A stretch of 64,000 nucleotides of DNA from an uncultured Gammaproteobacteria bacterium (GTDB lineage: Bacteria > Pseudomonadota > Gammaproteobacteria > UBA9214), in the NCBI GenBank assembly GCA_963827755.1, contig CAWHCQ010000044.1:1-64000 (forward strand), read 5' to 3'. A program made the position numbers and the translations under genes. The notes below the pieces were generated by a model that was given only the letters and a program-made list of their open reading frames with translations, was not told the DNA's origin and did no database searches. Below are positions 19,921-35,615 of the stretch, one piece after another (position 1 is the first letter of the stretch; each line of letters starts with the position of its first letter).

Positions 19921-21363
19921 TCAGCCGGTGCCGCCGACCGTCAACTCGTCGATCAGCATGGTCGGCTGTCCAACGCCAACGGGGACACTCTGGCCTTCCT
20001 TGCCACAGGTGCCGACCCCCGGGTCCAGCTGCAGGTCATTGCCGAGCATGGAGACCCGCTTTAAGACATCCGGGCCGTTACCAATCAGCGTGGCGCCCTT
20101 GACCGGCCGGGTAATCCTGCCATTTTCAATCAGATAGGCCTCACTGGCACTGAAGACAAATTTCCCCGAGGTAATATCAACCTGGCCACCACCGAAATTG
20201 ACGGCGTACAGTCCCTTGTCAACGGCAGCGATAATTTCCTGCGGGTCATGTTCACCGGCCAGCATGTAGGTATTGGTCATGCGCGGCATCGGCAGGTGCG
20301 CATAGGACTCACGCCGGCCATTACCGGTCGAGGCCACACCCATAAGGCCGGCATTCATGCGGTCCTGCATATAGCCTTTGAGAATGCCCTTCTCGATGAG
20401 CATGGTATTTTGCGAAGTGGTACCTTCATCATCGACATTCAATGAACCACGACGGCCTTCAAGGGTGCCGTCATCGACCACCGTGCACAGCGGTGAAGCG
20501 ACCTGCTGGCCAACAAGACCGGCAAAGGCCGAGGTGCCCTTGCGATTGAAATCACCCTCCAGGCCGTGCCCGATGGCTTCATGCAGGAGAATACCCGGCC
20601 ACCCGGGACCGAGTACAACCGGAATCGAGCCGGCGGGCGCCGCCACCGCCTCGAGATTTACCAGCGCCTGGCGTACAGCTTCATGTGCATAGTGCCTTGC
20701 GCGGCCGTCATCGATAAAGAATCCATAGTCGGATCGGCCGCCACCACCCGAACTGGCCTGTTCGCGACGCCCGTTCTGTTCAACCGTCACCGTCACATTG
20801 CAGCGCACCAGCGGCCGGACATCAGCCGCCAGCGTGCCATCACTGACGGCAACCATGACCACCTCGTGCACACCCGCAAGACTGACGATCACTTCCTTGA
20901 CGCGCGGGTCCTGTTGCCTCGCCTCGGCATCGAGTTGCTTTAACAGGTTTACCTTGTCATCCGCCGACATCCGCTCGAGCGGATCAAGCGCCGGATACAA
21001 TATCCTGGCATCACCCTTGTGCCAGGCTTGCAAGCTGCCCTGACTGCCGTGTTTCGCAATTGCGCGTGCCGCGGTAGATGCCTGTAACAGGGCCGGCATA
21101 AGAATTTCATCGGAATAGGCAAAGCCCGTTTTGTCCCCGCTGATGGCCCGGACACCCGCGCCCTGCTCGATACTGTGGCTGCCTTCCTTGACGATGCCGT
21201 CTTCCAGCACCCATGATTCGTAGCGCGTCGACTGGAAGTAGAGATCGCCGGAATCCACCGCATGGCCGAGCAGCTTGCCAAACACCTTGTGCAGATCATT
21301 TTCATCGATACCCGCGGGCGCCAGCAGGCGCTGACGGGCAATATCAAGGCAGGATTCAGGCAT
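19921..21363 (-). CDS. tldD: Metalloprotease TldD
   Basis: [30 protein letters not shown]. Confidence 0.97.
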   Translation of the reverse strand: MPESCLDIARQRLLAPAGIDENDLHKVFGKLLGHAVDSGDLYFQSTRYESWVLEDGIVKEGSHSIEQGAGVRAISGDKTGFAYSDEILMPALLQASTAARAIAKHGSQGSLQAWHKGDARILYPALDPLERMSADDKVNLLKQLDAEARQQDPRVKEVIVSLAGVHEVVMVAVSDGTLAADVRPLVRCNVTVTVEQNGRREQASSGGGGRSDYGFFIDDGRARHYAHEAVRQALVNLEAVAAPAGSIPVVLGPGWPGILLHEAIGHGLEGDFNRKGTSAFAGLVGQQVASPLCTVVDDGTLEGRRGSLNVDDEGTTSQNTMLIEKGILKGYMQDRMNAGLMGVASTGNGRRESYAHLPMPRMTNTYMLAGEHDPQEIIAAVDKGLYAVNFGGGQVDITSGKFVFSASEAYLIENGRITRPVKGATLIGNGPDVLKRVSMLGNDLQLDPGVGTCGKEGQSVPVGVGQPTMLIDELTVGGTG

Positions 21364-22183
21364 TATTCAGACACTGAAGGCGACGATGCTGGTGAACGGG
21401 GAAATTACGTCGCGCGCTGTTCAGGCGTCCAAGTTCTACGTCGGCACAAACCACGCCCGGCCCCCGCCCGAGACTGTTCAGCACCGTACCCCAGGGGTCT
21501 ACAATCATACTGTGCCCATAGGTCTCGCGACCACTCAGGTGAAATCCACCCTGGTCCGGCGCAATGACATAGCAGAGGTTTTCAATTGCGCGCGCGCGCA
21601 CCAGCACCTCCCAGTGTGCGCGCCCGGTAATCGCCGTAAAGGCGGACGGCAATACCACTATTTCCATGCCCTCCTGGAGCTGCTGCCGGAACAGTTCCGG
21701 AAAGCGCAAATCATAACAAACGGCAAGGCCCATGCGTCCGAACGGACTGTCTATTACAACAACTTCATCACCCGGTTCAATGGTTTCGGATTCCGTGTAC
21801 TGTTCATTATTGTCAATCAGCTCGACATCAAACAGATGTATCTTGTCGTAGCGCGCCACCTGCTTGCCGTCACTGTCAAACACCAGGCAGGCGGCCCTGA
21901 CCTTGTTCTCATCATTGGCAACCATGGGTATGGTACCGCCCACCAGCCAGATTCCATGCTGCCCTGCCTGCTCGGCAAGAAAGGTCTGGATAGCACCGTT
22001 ATGCTCTGCTTCACGCTCATGGACCTTGTCATTTTCCGTCTTGCCCATCAATGCAAAGTTCTCGGGCAACACCACCAGCCGCGCATGCTGGCTGACGGCC
22101 TCCTCGATCAGGCGTTCGGCCTCAAGCAGGTTCGCTCCAATGTTCGGGCCAGAGGCCATCTGCACACATGCAACAACGCTCAT
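21356..22183 (-). CDS. Carbon-nitrogen hydrolase (Nit1 / deaminated glutathione amidase-like)
   Basis: E-K-C triad: [20 protein letters not shown]; RARAIEN. Confidence 0.92.
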   Translation of the reverse strand: MSVVACVQMASGPNIGANLLEAERLIEEAVSQHARLVVLPENFALMGKTENDKVHEREAEHNGAIQTFLAEQAGQHGIWLVGGTIPMVANDENKVRAACLVFDSDGKQVARYDKIHLFDVELIDNNEQYTESETIEPGDEVVVIDSPFGRMGLAVCYDLRFPELFRQQLQEGMEIVVLPSAFTAITGRAHWEVLVRARAIENLCYVIAPDQGGFHLSGRETYGHSMIVDPWGTVLNSLGRGPGVVCADVELGRLNSARRNFPVHQHRRLQCLNNA

Positions 22184-22349
22184 AAACAGTCTGTCATCTC
22201 TTTGTTTGTCAGAAGATCTGCACAGATTAACACAGTTCCATACACCCGGAATTAACCAGCCCCCCGGGAGCCACTGGCTAACCCGTCACTGCAAGCAACA
22301 CGGCAACGTTGATATTTCAATCAGGCTGAAGCCCCCATGTATATCCGGG

Positions 22350-25300
22350 TTATTGCACCTGGTCAGCAGAACTTTCGATCTTTTTTATTTCAGGATCAGA
22401 CCAGGGACCGGTAACCGTGTACTGGGTGCGTACCATCCTGTTCAGGGCCTCGATTCTGCCTTCCAGCAGAGTCTCCGCAACCATGATGGCGGCGCCAACC
22501 ACGGGCCCGCCAACCAGTGTACCGGCCAGTGATAACGGGGTCTTCACTGTTGGCGTAACCGTCACCAGCTGGTCATAATCCTGGTCGGCAAGTCCAACAC
22601 GACCGGTTATATCAATCTTTGCCGCAGGGCCTTTCACAACCAGGTCACTGGTGTAGGCATTGCCGCCATCAACCGAAAAGCTGCCCTCTATCCTGTCAAA
22701 GCTGAAACCTTCACCAAATATGTCACTGAAATCCAGCAGCAGGCGCCGGCGTATATTGCTCAGGCTCAGTAAACCCAGCACACGACCGGCAGCACCGGGT
22801 TCCAGGTCGACGAGCTGGCCCTTTTTGATCAGCACATCAAGCTGGCCCTCGGCCATGGCTGGCGAGAATGCCCAGGGCGGCCCGGGCCAGGCGGCACGCA
22901 GGGTACCCGACAGCTCGCCACCCTCGATACTTTTCTGAAAGCCAAACACCTTCAGCAATTCATCGATCTTTACCGCTGCTCACTTCAACATCGACACTTG
23001 AGCGTTGCAGTCCTTTCTGCAGCTGCCAGATGCCACTCAGGCGTGCTGCAAGCAACTCCGATGACAGGATCAGCCTTTTGATTTTGAGCGCATTGCCCGG
23101 CTTTTTTTCCGTGGTTAACTGGAGATTACCGAGGTCTGAATCGTTATAGACAAACTGTTGCGCAACAATCTGCAGGTTCGGAAAAGATCCGGGCATGACC
23201 CCGGCCTCTTCCGGGGGTCGTTCCTTGCTGTCACTCTGCACGACCAGGTGCTGCAGGTTCATAACAACCTTGTCAAGGCCGGCACCGGTTTTTGTCAACT
23301 GGATATCCCCGGATATCGACGGACCTTCGGCCTTGATATTCCACACCAGCCCGGCAGCCTCCATCTGCAGGGAGGCATCACGAAGGTAGTGCCCGAGGAC
23401 CTCCAGCTCATCAACCTTGAGATCGTATTCGATGGGCAAACCCAGCCCGGGCGTGCCACTGTCAAGATAGGGTCTCCATGCCGTCGTATGGATCTTGTCC
23501 AGATGACCGGAGACAAGCAGTTTTTTACCGCCAGGGGGGACCGGTACCACCGCCGCCGAATGTAATCGCTCCGCCCTGCAACACGGGTGTCTGGCCGTCA
23601 GCAGCGAATTCCAGCAAAGCGTTGAGAAAATTACCGTACTTCAGCCGCACCTGCTTCTGCGGGTAATCAATCCGGGCAACGTCAACAGACAATTCCCGCG
23701 CACTGCCGCTGTCCTTGCCGAAGGGGGCCGGCAGATCAATGGCCGTACCGGTGAGCATTGAACTGGCCTGCAGCGATATATCGGCCTTTTCGCCGCGTTG
23801 CGGCGCACCCCGGATCGACAACATCACCTGCCAGTCACTATTTCCCGATATTGCCGGGTACAGGGCACTCTTTTTGCCCACTATCTGCCGGAGCAGGCCC
23901 AGTTCCCCGTCAAGGCTGATGTGCGTGGCTGTCTCCCTGCTGTCACTCCATACCCTGACCCTGGCAGGCTTGTTGTTGAGTTGCGCGGCCAGATTCTCGC
24001 CGCGGATGCCCTGGTCATCGAAAACCAGCGTCCCCCTGATCTTTCGCAACGCAATCGTGGAGTCTTTTATAGTGAGCCCGTTATCATCCAGCCCAACCAT
24101 GCCGGAGACCTTTACATTTCGTTTTTTGCCATGCAAGGGCATGCGTAAATCCAGGTCAAGCCTTGAGCGCCCGGACGTATTCACCCGATCAACAAACCCG
24201 CCATAGGTTTCTCCAAGCGGGCTGGCGCCCAACTCGGCCAGCATCACCGACAGCGGCCCCTTGACCGAACCGGTCAGGGTCAAATCCGGTTTTGCCAGGT
24301 CCTCGATGCGCACATGAACGTCTTCCAGTAACGCAGTGCGGATAGCACCCTGCTTGCTGCGTATATCCATGGAACGACCGTTAAAATCGATCTGCGCTGC
24401 AAGCCCGGTTAGAGGTGACCATTCCTTGTTGTAGTCAAGCACGGCATTCTTCACCGGCAGCCGGATTTCCAGCTGGCCTTCATTATTATCAAAAGGTATT
24501 TGATCAAGTCGCCCGTTGATAACGACCGTGCCGTCGGTAATCTCGCCACTGATCAGACTTTTGTCCAGCCAGGCGACGCCGCTGGCCGGCATATGTCTTG
24601 CGGGCAGGTAATGGCTGATACGACCGACATCGGCCTTCTCGACAGCAAGCTGCAGTTGCAGGGTTGGCGCGCCATCACCGAGAGGAATATCAAGACCGAA
24701 AGCCGCTTGCAGGGCGAGGTCCCTGTTTTCAAAATGTAAACTCCCGGAATCGACCTCGACCTTCTTGCCGGAGACTTGCCACTCAACGTCCCCCTGTATG
24801 ACGGCAGGCAGGAACGCCTTACGAAACAGGTTCTCGTCATGAACAACAAGGCTGTGGCCGTAGAGTGACAACAGCCCTTTATCGGGCGTTCCTGCAACCA
24901 CGCCCGACAGCCCGGAAACTGACGGGTAGACACCTGACTGGCGGATACCGATATTCGAAAAGCCGGCAGAAAATCCGTTGACTGTTACCGCATCGGCTGT
25001 GTACTCCAGCATCAGTTGCAGGTCATTGATCGTGCCGCGGGGACGCATGTCAGCGAGATGACTGCGCTGCTCGGCCGCCAGTCCCGGAAGAACCGAAACC
25101 AATGCACCCAAACCACGAAGATAAGTCTTTCCGGAAACAAGCTCGACTTTATTCACATCGTCAACCTTGCGCCCGGCCAGCGACAGATTCTGCGTTTCCC
25201 AGGTTTCGTCGCCCTGCGTCAGCATGAAATCCTTCAGGGCAAACTGCCACATATCGGCTCCACGCTGCCAGCCCAGCTGCCCCCGCATGACATCAACTGA

Positions 25301-26164
25301 AAACCGGTATGACTTGTCCCCTGAAAAATTATCCAGCCGGATATTATGCGCATCGATCTCGCCACTGACTGACTGCAAACGAGCCAGTGAATAGTCAAGC
25401 CACAAACGAATGTCGGCTATGCCCTGCACGCCCATGCCGTATGGCAGGTAGGGTGCCACAAGATCCGTCAGGACCAGTGCCTGGCCATCGAGATAAACCT
25501 GACCCTGCCATTGCCTGTAATCGGCGCCCTTGCCGTAGAGTTCTGCCTCCACGTCAACACGGTAGCCGAACTCGGCGGGCAACTGCAGATAACCGCTCAG
25601 CCTGTGTTCGTATCCGTCATTGACCAGCGCGAGGGTGACATCCGAGAAACGCCGCGGCGGCTCGCCGTTCTTCATGTCTGTAATGGTAATGTTCGAGTCA
25701 TTAATAGACAGTCGATGCATCTGCAGAAAATCATCAAGGTCGGGGGTTGCAGCTGCAGGATCACCGAACTCTTCAAGGTAAATCCGGCCATTCCTGTCGC
25801 GTGCAACCCCGAGATCGGTACCAATGATATCGATACCGGAGGCCCGCACCCTGCGTTCCTTTATGTAATGATCTACATCGAGACTGATCCAGACTTCCCT
25901 GATATCAATACGTCCCGGCTTTTCTCCAGGCCCTTTAATGACGACATTCTTGAGCTTCAGAACCGGGGCGAGCCTCCTCCAGGTCGCTTCAAGCCTGCCG
26001 ATAGTGACATCCCGGTTCAATGCCCTGCTTGCAGCTGTTTCCATTTCATGCTTGTAATCGCCCAGCGATGGCACCCATAAACGTGCAGCTGTCAATACAA
26101 CCGCCGTCAGAAACAACAGCGTGACAAACAGCAGCCAGTGAGCGCGAACGAAATGTCCTAGCAT
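22350..26164 (-). CDS. yhdP: YhdP AsmA-like lipid transport protein, split into three ORFs by two frameshifts (~23535, ~22970)
   Basis: Lies between rng and nitrilase/tldD; C-terminal GRVLGLLSL..RRLLLDFSD..FDRIEG..YTVTGPWSDP; fragments rejoin on removing one base at each break. Confidence 0.88.
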
Positions 26165-26197
26165 GTGCCCGGAGAGTTGATAATTGCAGCGGGATTC

Positions 26198-27661
26198 CTA
26201 GAGAGGTACAACATCATATTGTTCCTGGGTATAGAGCGCTTCCACCTGGAACCTGATCGATTTTCCCATGAAGGCCTCCAGCTCCGCCAGGCTTGCGGAT
26301 TCCTCATCCAGCAACAGGTCGATAATCTCCTGCGAGGCAAGCACCAGTAATTGCTGCGTATCATACTGGCGCGACTCACGCAGGATTTCACGGAAGATTT
26401 CGTAGCATGCCGTCTCGGGGGTTTTGATCGAGGCCCTTCCTCCACAGGTCGGGCACGGCTCACACAAAATATGTTCCAGGCTCTCGCGGGTACGCTTGCG
26501 CGTCATCTCGACCAGCCCGAGTGAGGAAACCTCGCTGATATGTGTCCTTGCATGGTCCTTTTCGAGGAATTTCTCCAGGGTGCGCAGCACCTGCCGCTTG
26601 TGCTCTTCCTGCTGCATATCGATAAAGTCGATAATAATGATACCGCCGAGATTTCTGAGCCTTAATTGACGGGCAATAGCCTGCGCGGCCTCGAGATTGG
26701 TCTTGAAAATAGTCTCTTCCAGGTTGCGATGCCCGACATAGCCGCCAGTGTTGACGTCGGCCGTCGTCATGGCCTCGGTCTGATCAAGAATCAGGTAACC
26801 ACCCGACTTCAGCTGGACCTTGCGCTCGAGCGCTTTCTGGATTTCATCCTCTACCGCATAAATATCGAAAATCGGACGTTCGCCCGGATAATATTCAACC
26901 TGCGTATTCAGCTCGGGCATGAACCGGGCACAGAAATCCATTATGCGCTGGTGGCTCTCGCGTGAATCAATGCGCACCCTCTCTATCTGGTCACCAAGCA
27001 TATCGCGCATGACACGAATCGAAAGCGGTAAATCCTCGTAGATCACTGCCCCGGATTGAGTCGTCTTCTCGGTTTCGCTGATTGACTGCCAGAGCTTGCG
27101 CAGAAACATCATGTCTGCACGCAGCGCATCGGCACTGGCCCCTTCCGCTGCCGTGCGCGCAATGTATCCACCCCCGTCCTGGTCCGTCATAAACAACTCG
27201 ATAATATCCCTGAGGCGGACCCGCTCTGCCTCGGACTCTATTTTCTGGGAGATACCGACATTTCTTACAAAAGGGACGAACACCATGTAACGCGAGGGTA
27301 TGGTGATTTGCGTTGTCAGCCGTGCACCCTTTGTACCCATGGGATCCTTGACAACCTGGACCGCTATCTCCTGGCCTTCATGCAGCAACTCACCGATGTC
27401 GCTGCCTGTGGCGCCCTCATCTGCACTGTCGTCGCGGGCCTCTGCATCCGATGCATGCAGAAACGCGGCACGGTCCAGGCCGATATCCACAAACGCAGCC
27501 TGCATGCCAGGAAGCACCCGGCAGACACGACCCTTGTAGATATTCCCCACCAGTCCCCGGCGCCGGCCCCGCTCGATGAACAATTCCTGCAGCACGCCGT
27601 TCTCGACCAGGGCAACCCTCGTCTCCCTGGGCGTTACGTTGATCAGTATTTCTTCACTCAT
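26198..27661 (-). CDS. rng: Ribonuclease G
   Basis: GNIYKGRV..VLPGMQAAFVDIG, DVNTG, RLRNLGGIIIIDFIDM. Confidence 0.97.
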   Translation of the reverse strand: MSEEILINVTPRETRVALVENGVLQELFIERGRRRGLVGNIYKGRVCRVLPGMQAAFVDIGLDRAAFLHASDAEARDDSADEGATGSDIGELLHEGQEIAVQVVKDPMGTKGARLTTQITIPSRYMVFVPFVRNVGISQKIESEAERVRLRDIIELFMTDQDGGGYIARTAAEGASADALRADMMFLRKLWQSISETEKTTQSGAVIYEDLPLSIRVMRDMLGDQIERVRIDSRESHQRIMDFCARFMPELNTQVEYYPGERPIFDIYAVEDEIQKALERKVQLKSGGYLILDQTEAMTTADVNTGGYVGHRNLEETIFKTNLEAAQAIARQLRLRNLGGIIIIDFIDMQQEEHKRQVLRTLEKFLEKDHARTHISEVSSLGLVEMTRKRTRESLEHILCEPCPTCGGRASIKTPETACYEIFREILRESRQYDTQQLLVLASQEIIDLLLDEESASLAELEAFMGKSIRFQVEALYTQEQYDVVPL

Positions 27662-27726
27662 ATCTTCCGTCAGCACACAAAAAGTGCAGTCCTTGATAAA
27701 TACCGGGTGCGCCACGCGCACCGGAA

Positions 27727-28326
27727 TCAGTCAGGGTCCCCGAGTATCCTGATGCCTGACGCCTGTAATAATTCGGCCGTCTCGTACAACGGCAAACCCA
27801 TCACACCCGAATAGCTGCCCTCAATTCGAATGATGAAAGCGGCGCCAAGACCCTGTATGGCATAGGCACCTGCCTTGTCTGCCGGCTCCCCCGTATCCCA
27901 ATATGCCTCGCACTCGGACAATGATAACGTGCGAAAGGTCACACGACTGACATTTAAACGTACCAGGCTGCGTTCAGCAACAAGCGCAACCGCCGTCAGC
28001 ACCCGGTGCGTGGAAGCGGACAAAGCCTGCAGCATTTCAATCGCCTGCTGGCGGTCACGGGGCTTGCCCATGATGGTTTCGTTTGCAACAACCACCGTGT
28101 CTGCGCCGATCACCGGCAGGCGCTTCTTCCCTGCCAGCGAGGACCATCCTGCTTGCGCCTTGGCCAGGGCAAGACGCTGCGCATAGTCTTCTGCAGGCTC
28201 GTCTAGAGCAGGCGTTTCGTCTACGTTGACCGGCAACAGTGCATAGCGGACACCGATTTGCTGTAACAGTTCCTGCCGTCGTGGCGACAACGAGGCAAGA
28301 TAAACTGTCGCGTCGATCGATGTCAT
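27727..28326 (-). CDS. maf: Maf nucleoside triphosphate pyrophosphatase
   Basis: LASLSPRRQELL, IGADTVV, DKAGAYAIQG, VMGLP. Confidence 0.95.
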   Translation of the reverse strand: MTSIDATVYLASLSPRRQELLQQIGVRYALLPVNVDETPALDEPAEDYAQRLALAKAQAGWSSLAGKKRLPVIGADTVVVANETIMGKPRDRQQAIEMLQALSASTHRVLTAVALVAERSLVRLNVSRVTFRTLSLSECEAYWDTGEPADKAGAYAIQGLGAAFIIRIEGSYSGVMGLPLYETAELLQASGIRILGDPD

Positions 28327-28515
28327 CACGCCAGGCCTGCCAAGGCCAACCGTCGCCAGTCTGTGCCCGGGGTTAGCGCGGCTGCAATCATCAATCGACC
28401 TGGCCAACGCATGCATAGATCCACATTCAAGACCTTCGAATGATTCTGGTAATATGATGCAAGTTATTGTATATATATACGTATCAATAACATTTTACCT
28501 CGCGCGCCACGGCCC

Positions 28516-28986
28516 TCAGGCACGGTGATACGGATGACCCGTGGTGACTGTCCAGGCCCGGTAAAGCTGTTCTGCAATGATCACGCGAACCAGCGCATGT
28601 GGAAAGGTCAGCGCGGACAGGGACCAGCACTGGTCTGCCCGCTCGAGGCATGCCGGGGACAGGCCATCCGGACCACCCACCAGCAAGGCCAGGTCCCGCC
28701 CGGAGGCCATCCAGTCCTGCAGACTCGCGGCAAGCGCTTCGGTGGACCATGCCCGGCCCCGCACATCCAGTGCAATGACCTGACAATCAGCGGGAATGGC
28801 ACCAAGCATCAACCGGCCTTCATCATGTTGCGCGCGTTCAGCCGGCTGACTCTTGCTGCGTTTACCGAGGGGGATTTCATGCAACTGCAATGTACATTCA
28901 CGCGGCAGACGTCTTGAGAATTCACGGTAGGCCTCTCCGACCCAGGATGGCATCCGTGTACCAACAGCAATCAAATGAATGCGCAA
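28516..28986 (-). CDS. rlmH: 23S rRNA m3Psi1915 methyltransferase
   Basis: VGGPDGL, SLSALTFPH, EQLYRA, GHPYHR. Confidence 0.96.
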   Translation of the reverse strand: MRIHLIAVGTRMPSWVGEAYREFSRRLPRECTLQLHEIPLGKRSKSQPAERAQHDEGRLMLGAIPADCQVIALDVRGRAWSTEALAASLQDWMASGRDLALLVGGPDGLSPACLERADQCWSLSALTFPHALVRVIIAEQLYRAWTVTTGHPYHRA

Positions 28987-29002
28987 TGCTCAGCCACTGG
29001 TG

Positions 29003-29381
29003 CTAGCCATTATCAACATTATCGCCAACAACCGCCCACAGCTTTTCCAGGGCGTAGAATTCCCGGGTGGATGGCATCATGACGTGTACAACCACATCAC
29101 CCAGGTCAATCAATACCCATTCCGCTGTCTGCTTTCCTTCAACGCCCAGCGGCGTATAGCCGCCCTGCTTTACCATTTATTTCGATATTATCTGCAATGG
29201 CCTTCACATGGCGTGAAGAGGTGCCGCTGACAATGACCATGTGATCGGTAATCGAGGTCATTTTACGAACATCGATGACGGTCATATCCACACCCTTCAT
29301 ATCATCGATCGCATCTGTGACGATATTCAGCAAGCGGTCTTCCGACACGCTGTCCTGCTGTTCTTTCTGCCCGTTATTCAT
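29003..29381 (-). CDS. rsfS: Ribosome silencing factor RsfS, split by a +1 frameshift near 29177
   Basis: N-part [14 protein letters not shown]; shifted frame continues [31 protein letters not shown] to TAG at 29003. Confidence 0.9.
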
Positions 29382-30018
29382 TTTTGCTACCTGTTGCATA
29401 CAAACCCTCGCGGGCAATAATGTCCAGAACCTCCCGCGGCATGAGGAACGCGGCATCCTTGCCCGTGGCCAGTAACCTGCGTATCCGGGTGCCCGAGATA
29501 TCCAGCAGGGTGACCGTGTGAAACCACAACATGCCGGATGTCCGTGTGTTAAGACGCGCGGCGTCCGCGACCCTGTACTGGCTGGTAAAGTCGGCCAACT
29601 CGCCTTCTCCGGGCAAAGTGCTGCCCGGACGCGTCATGACGACAATATGGCAATAATTGATCAATTCACGCCAGCGATGCCAGGCTGGCAGACTCAGAAA
29701 CGAGTCCAGACCGAGTATCAGACATAAACCGGTTGCAGCCATTTCCTCGCGAAAGGATTTCAGGGTATCCAGCATATAGGACGGCCCTTCGCGGTCAAAT
29801 TCACGCGTGTCAATGCGGAAAACGGGATGCCACCCGACTGCCGCCTGCAGCATGGCCAGACGCTGCTCCCTTGATGCCAGCGGTTGCGGCCGATGCGGGG
29901 GAATATTGCAGGGTACCAGGCGTATCTCTTCCAGCCCGAGCAGCTGCTGAATGTCCAGGGCCGGGCGTAAATGCCCGATGTGCACCGGGTCGAACGTACC
30001 GCCGAGGATACCGATCAT
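29374..30018 (-). CDS. nadD: Nicotinate-nucleotide adenylyltransferase
   Basis: GGTFDPVHIGH, PPHR, ISGTRIR. Confidence 0.95.
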   Translation of the reverse strand: MIGILGGTFDPVHIGHLRPALDIQQLLGLEEIRLVPCNIPPHRPQPLASREQRLAMLQAAVGWHPVFRIDTREFDREGPSYMLDTLKSFREEMAATGLCLILGLDSFLSLPAWHRWRELINYCHIVVMTRPGSTLPGEGELADFTSQYRVADAARLNTRTSGMLWFHTVTLLDISGTRIRRLLATGKDAAFLMPREVLDIIAREGLYATGSKNE

Positions 30019-30055
30019 AAAGTACGGGGGAGAACAACCAGGTTAAGCGCTGCTC

Positions 30056-31339
30056 TCATTCGCGAATATGGCCATCGCCAATGACAATGTATTTAAGTGT
30101 CGTCAGCCCTTCCAGGCCAACCGGTCCACGCGCATGCAACTTGTCGGTACTAATGCCGATTTCAGCACCCAGCCCGTACTCGAAACCATCCGCAAAACGG
30201 CTCGACGCATTGACCATGACAGAACTGGAATCGACTTCATGCAGAAATCGCTGGGCGTTACCCAGTGATTCGGTAATGATGACGTCGGTATGGTTTGAAC
30301 CATGCCGCGCGATATGGTCCATTGCCGCATCCATGTCATCAACCACACGGATCGCCAGGATCGGGGCCAGGTATTCCTCGTCCCAGTCGGTATACGTGGC
30401 TCCTTTGATGCCAGGCAGGATTTCACAGCTTGCCTCGCAACCGCGTAACTCGACTCCGGCCTGCTGGTATTCTTCCGCCAGCGGGGGCAATACCCTGTCG
30501 GCTATGGCACGGGACACCAGCAAGGTTTCCATCGTATTACAGGTACCGTAGCGTTGCGTCTTTGCATTTACAGCCACACGTATCGCCTTGTCGAGATCGG
30601 CGTAGTCATCGATATAGGTATGGCAAACCCCGTGTAAATGCTTGATGACCGGGACCTGTGCTTCCGCACTGATGCGCTCGATCAGTCCCTTGCCGCCACG
30701 TGGCACAATCACGTCGACGTATTCCTTCATGCGGATCAACTCACCCACTGCCGCGCGGTCCGTGGTCTCGATAACCTGCACCGCATCCGCCGGCAAGCCG
30801 GCCTCGGCCAGCCCCTGGTGGATGCACCTGGAAATGGCCTGGTTGGAGTGTATCGCCTCCGAACCGCCGCGCAGGATGGCGGCATTGCCGGACTTCAGGC
30901 ACAGCCCGGCAGCATCTGCCGTGACGTTTGGACGCGATTCGTAGATGATGCCGATGACACCGAGCGGTACGCGCATACGACCCACCTGGATACCCGAGGG
31001 ACGGTAGTTCATGTCAGTGATACTGCCGACCGGATCCGGCAACAGGGCAATCTCGCGCAGGCCTTCCGCCATTGCCGCGATGCGCGCATCATTCAGTTCG
31101 AGACGGTCCAGCAAGGCCGGATCAAGGCCGTGCTGGCGGCCATTTTCCAGGTCTTTCTCGTTTTCGGACTTGAGCGTCGCCGCGGCCGCCTCGATTGCCG
31201 ATGCAATGGCCCTGAGCGCGGCGTCCTTCATGCCGGAATTGGCGCGGCCCATGGCGCGCGCGGCCGCGCGTCCCCGCTTGCCAACCGACTGCATGTATTG
31301 CGGTATATCAAACGGCATGTTTTCTGCTTTTGCACTCAT
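30056..31339 (-). CDS. proA: Gamma-glutamyl phosphate reductase
   Basis: [40 protein letters not shown]. Confidence 0.97.
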   Translation of the reverse strand: MSAKAENMPFDIPQYMQSVGKRGRAAARAMGRANSGMKDAALRAIASAIEAAAATLKSENEKDLENGRQHGLDPALLDRLELNDARIAAMAEGLREIALLPDPVGSITDMNYRPSGIQVGRMRVPLGVIGIIYESRPNVTADAAGLCLKSGNAAILRGGSEAIHSNQAISRCIHQGLAEAGLPADAVQVIETTDRAAVGELIRMKEYVDVIVPRGGKGLIERISAEAQVPVIKHLHGVCHTYIDDYADLDKAIRVAVNAKTQRYGTCNTMETLLVSRAIADRVLPPLAEEYQQAGVELRGCEASCEILPGIKGATYTDWDEEYLAPILAIRVVDDMDAAMDHIARHGSNHTDVIITESLGNAQRFLHEVDSSSVMVNASSRFADGFEYGLGAEIGISTDKLHARGPVGLEGLTTLKYIVIGDGHIRE

Positions 31340-31346
31340 ATTCAAA

Positions 31347-32393
31347 TCAGTAAGCCTGCTCCATGGTCAGGGTATCGGGCAGGACAGCCCTGCCGGCCAG
31401 TCTGAGCGTCAATTGTAACAGTTCGTCCCATTCGTTGCCCGTCGCGCGGCCCTTGCAAACCCGGTCGATGCGGGCACACTGGCGAATCATAAGCTTGCAC
31501 TCATTTGTCGACAGGCGTTTTAACGCGGCCCCGACAATGTTCCTGCGGGCCTGCCAGACATGGTACCGGCCAAGAATGGCGGCAACCGGGTCGCCCTGTG
31601 CTGCGGCGGCCGTCATCCCCACCAGGGGACGAATCTCGCGTGTCAGCGCCCACAAAACCACCGGTGCCGCCACGGCCTCAGCCTGCAGGCGCTGCAGGAT
31701 ACGCACACAGCGTGCAGCGTCGCCACGCAAGGCACTGTCGACCAGGCCGTACACATCGTAGCGGGCATTATCGGCAACCAGTGCGGTGATATCATCAACA
31801 TCCACCGGGCCTGCGCCATTGAGAAGGTGTAACTTGTCGATTTCCTGTACGCAGGCAAGCAGGTTCCCCTCGACCTGCTCAGTGAGCATCCTGACCGCCT
31901 CATTCGTCGGTTCAAGTCCGCGCTTGCGCATGCGTGCGCCTACCCAGCCCAGCAGCTCAGCCCGCTCTTTCAGTGGCCAGACTGTCAGGACCACCCCGGC
32001 CTTGTCGAGCGCCTGCAGCCACTTGCTCTTGCGTGCCTGTGGATCCAGCTTGCCGGACGTGACCAGCAACAGCGTATCTTCAGGCGGTCGTTCCGCCCAG
32101 GCACGCAGGGCTTTCGCGCCAGCATCGCCCGGTTTGCCGCCCGGCAGTCTCAGGTCAAGAATGCGCTGCTGTGAAAACAACGAAAGATTACCCGCCTCGC
32201 TGAGCAGACTGTTCCAGTCAAAGCCTGCCTGCACCGTCAGTACTTCGCGCTCGTCATAACCGCGCGCCCGGGCGGCCGCACGCACGGCATCGGCGGCCTC
32301 CATCACCCGCAAGGGATCATCGCCACTGATGAAATAGACCGGCGCCAGCTGCTTGCGCAAGTGGGCATCGAGCTGTTCGGGTTTAAGTTGCAT
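31347..32393 (-). CDS. holA: DNA polymerase III delta subunit
   Basis: [29 protein letters not shown]; follows lptE. Confidence 0.93.
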   Translation of the reverse strand: MQLKPEQLDAHLRKQLAPVYFISGDDPLRVMEAADAVRAAARARGYDEREVLTVQAGFDWNSLLSEAGNLSLFSQQRILDLRLPGGKPGDAGAKALRAWAERPPEDTLLLVTSGKLDPQARKSKWLQALDKAGVVLTVWPLKERAELLGWVGARMRKRGLEPTNEAVRMLTEQVEGNLLACVQEIDKLHLLNGAGPVDVDDITALVADNARYDVYGLVDSALRGDAARCVRILQRLQAEAVAAPVVLWALTREIRPLVGMTAAAAQGDPVAAILGRYHVWQARRNIVGAALKRLSTNECKLMIRQCARIDRVCKGRATGNEWDELLQLTLRLAGRAVLPDTLTMEQAY

Positions 32394-32486
32394 GGTCGTT
32401 CGGGCGGTCAACGGCAGGTACAGAATGCCTCTGCAGATTACCCGGGGTGCGCCTGACAGTCATCAGTCCGATACGGTCAGGCGCGC

Positions 32487-35602
<3,116 letters not shown>

Positions 35603-35615
35603 TCAGGAGAGCATT

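Noticed and set aside
19921-22183. tldD/pmbA plus nitrilase as a RiPP (microcin) maturation cluster
   Set aside because: This is the standard rng-yhdP-nitrilase-tldD housekeeping synteny; no precursor peptide or YcaO gene is present.
22350-23550. Separate genes for the ORFs at 22350-22958 and 22960-23550
   Set aside because: They are consecutive parts of YhdP joined by single-base frameshifts.
28467-28482. Possible LexA box TTGTATATATATACGT
   Set aside because: The spacer fits, but three of the eight conserved CTGT/ACAG positions mismatch.
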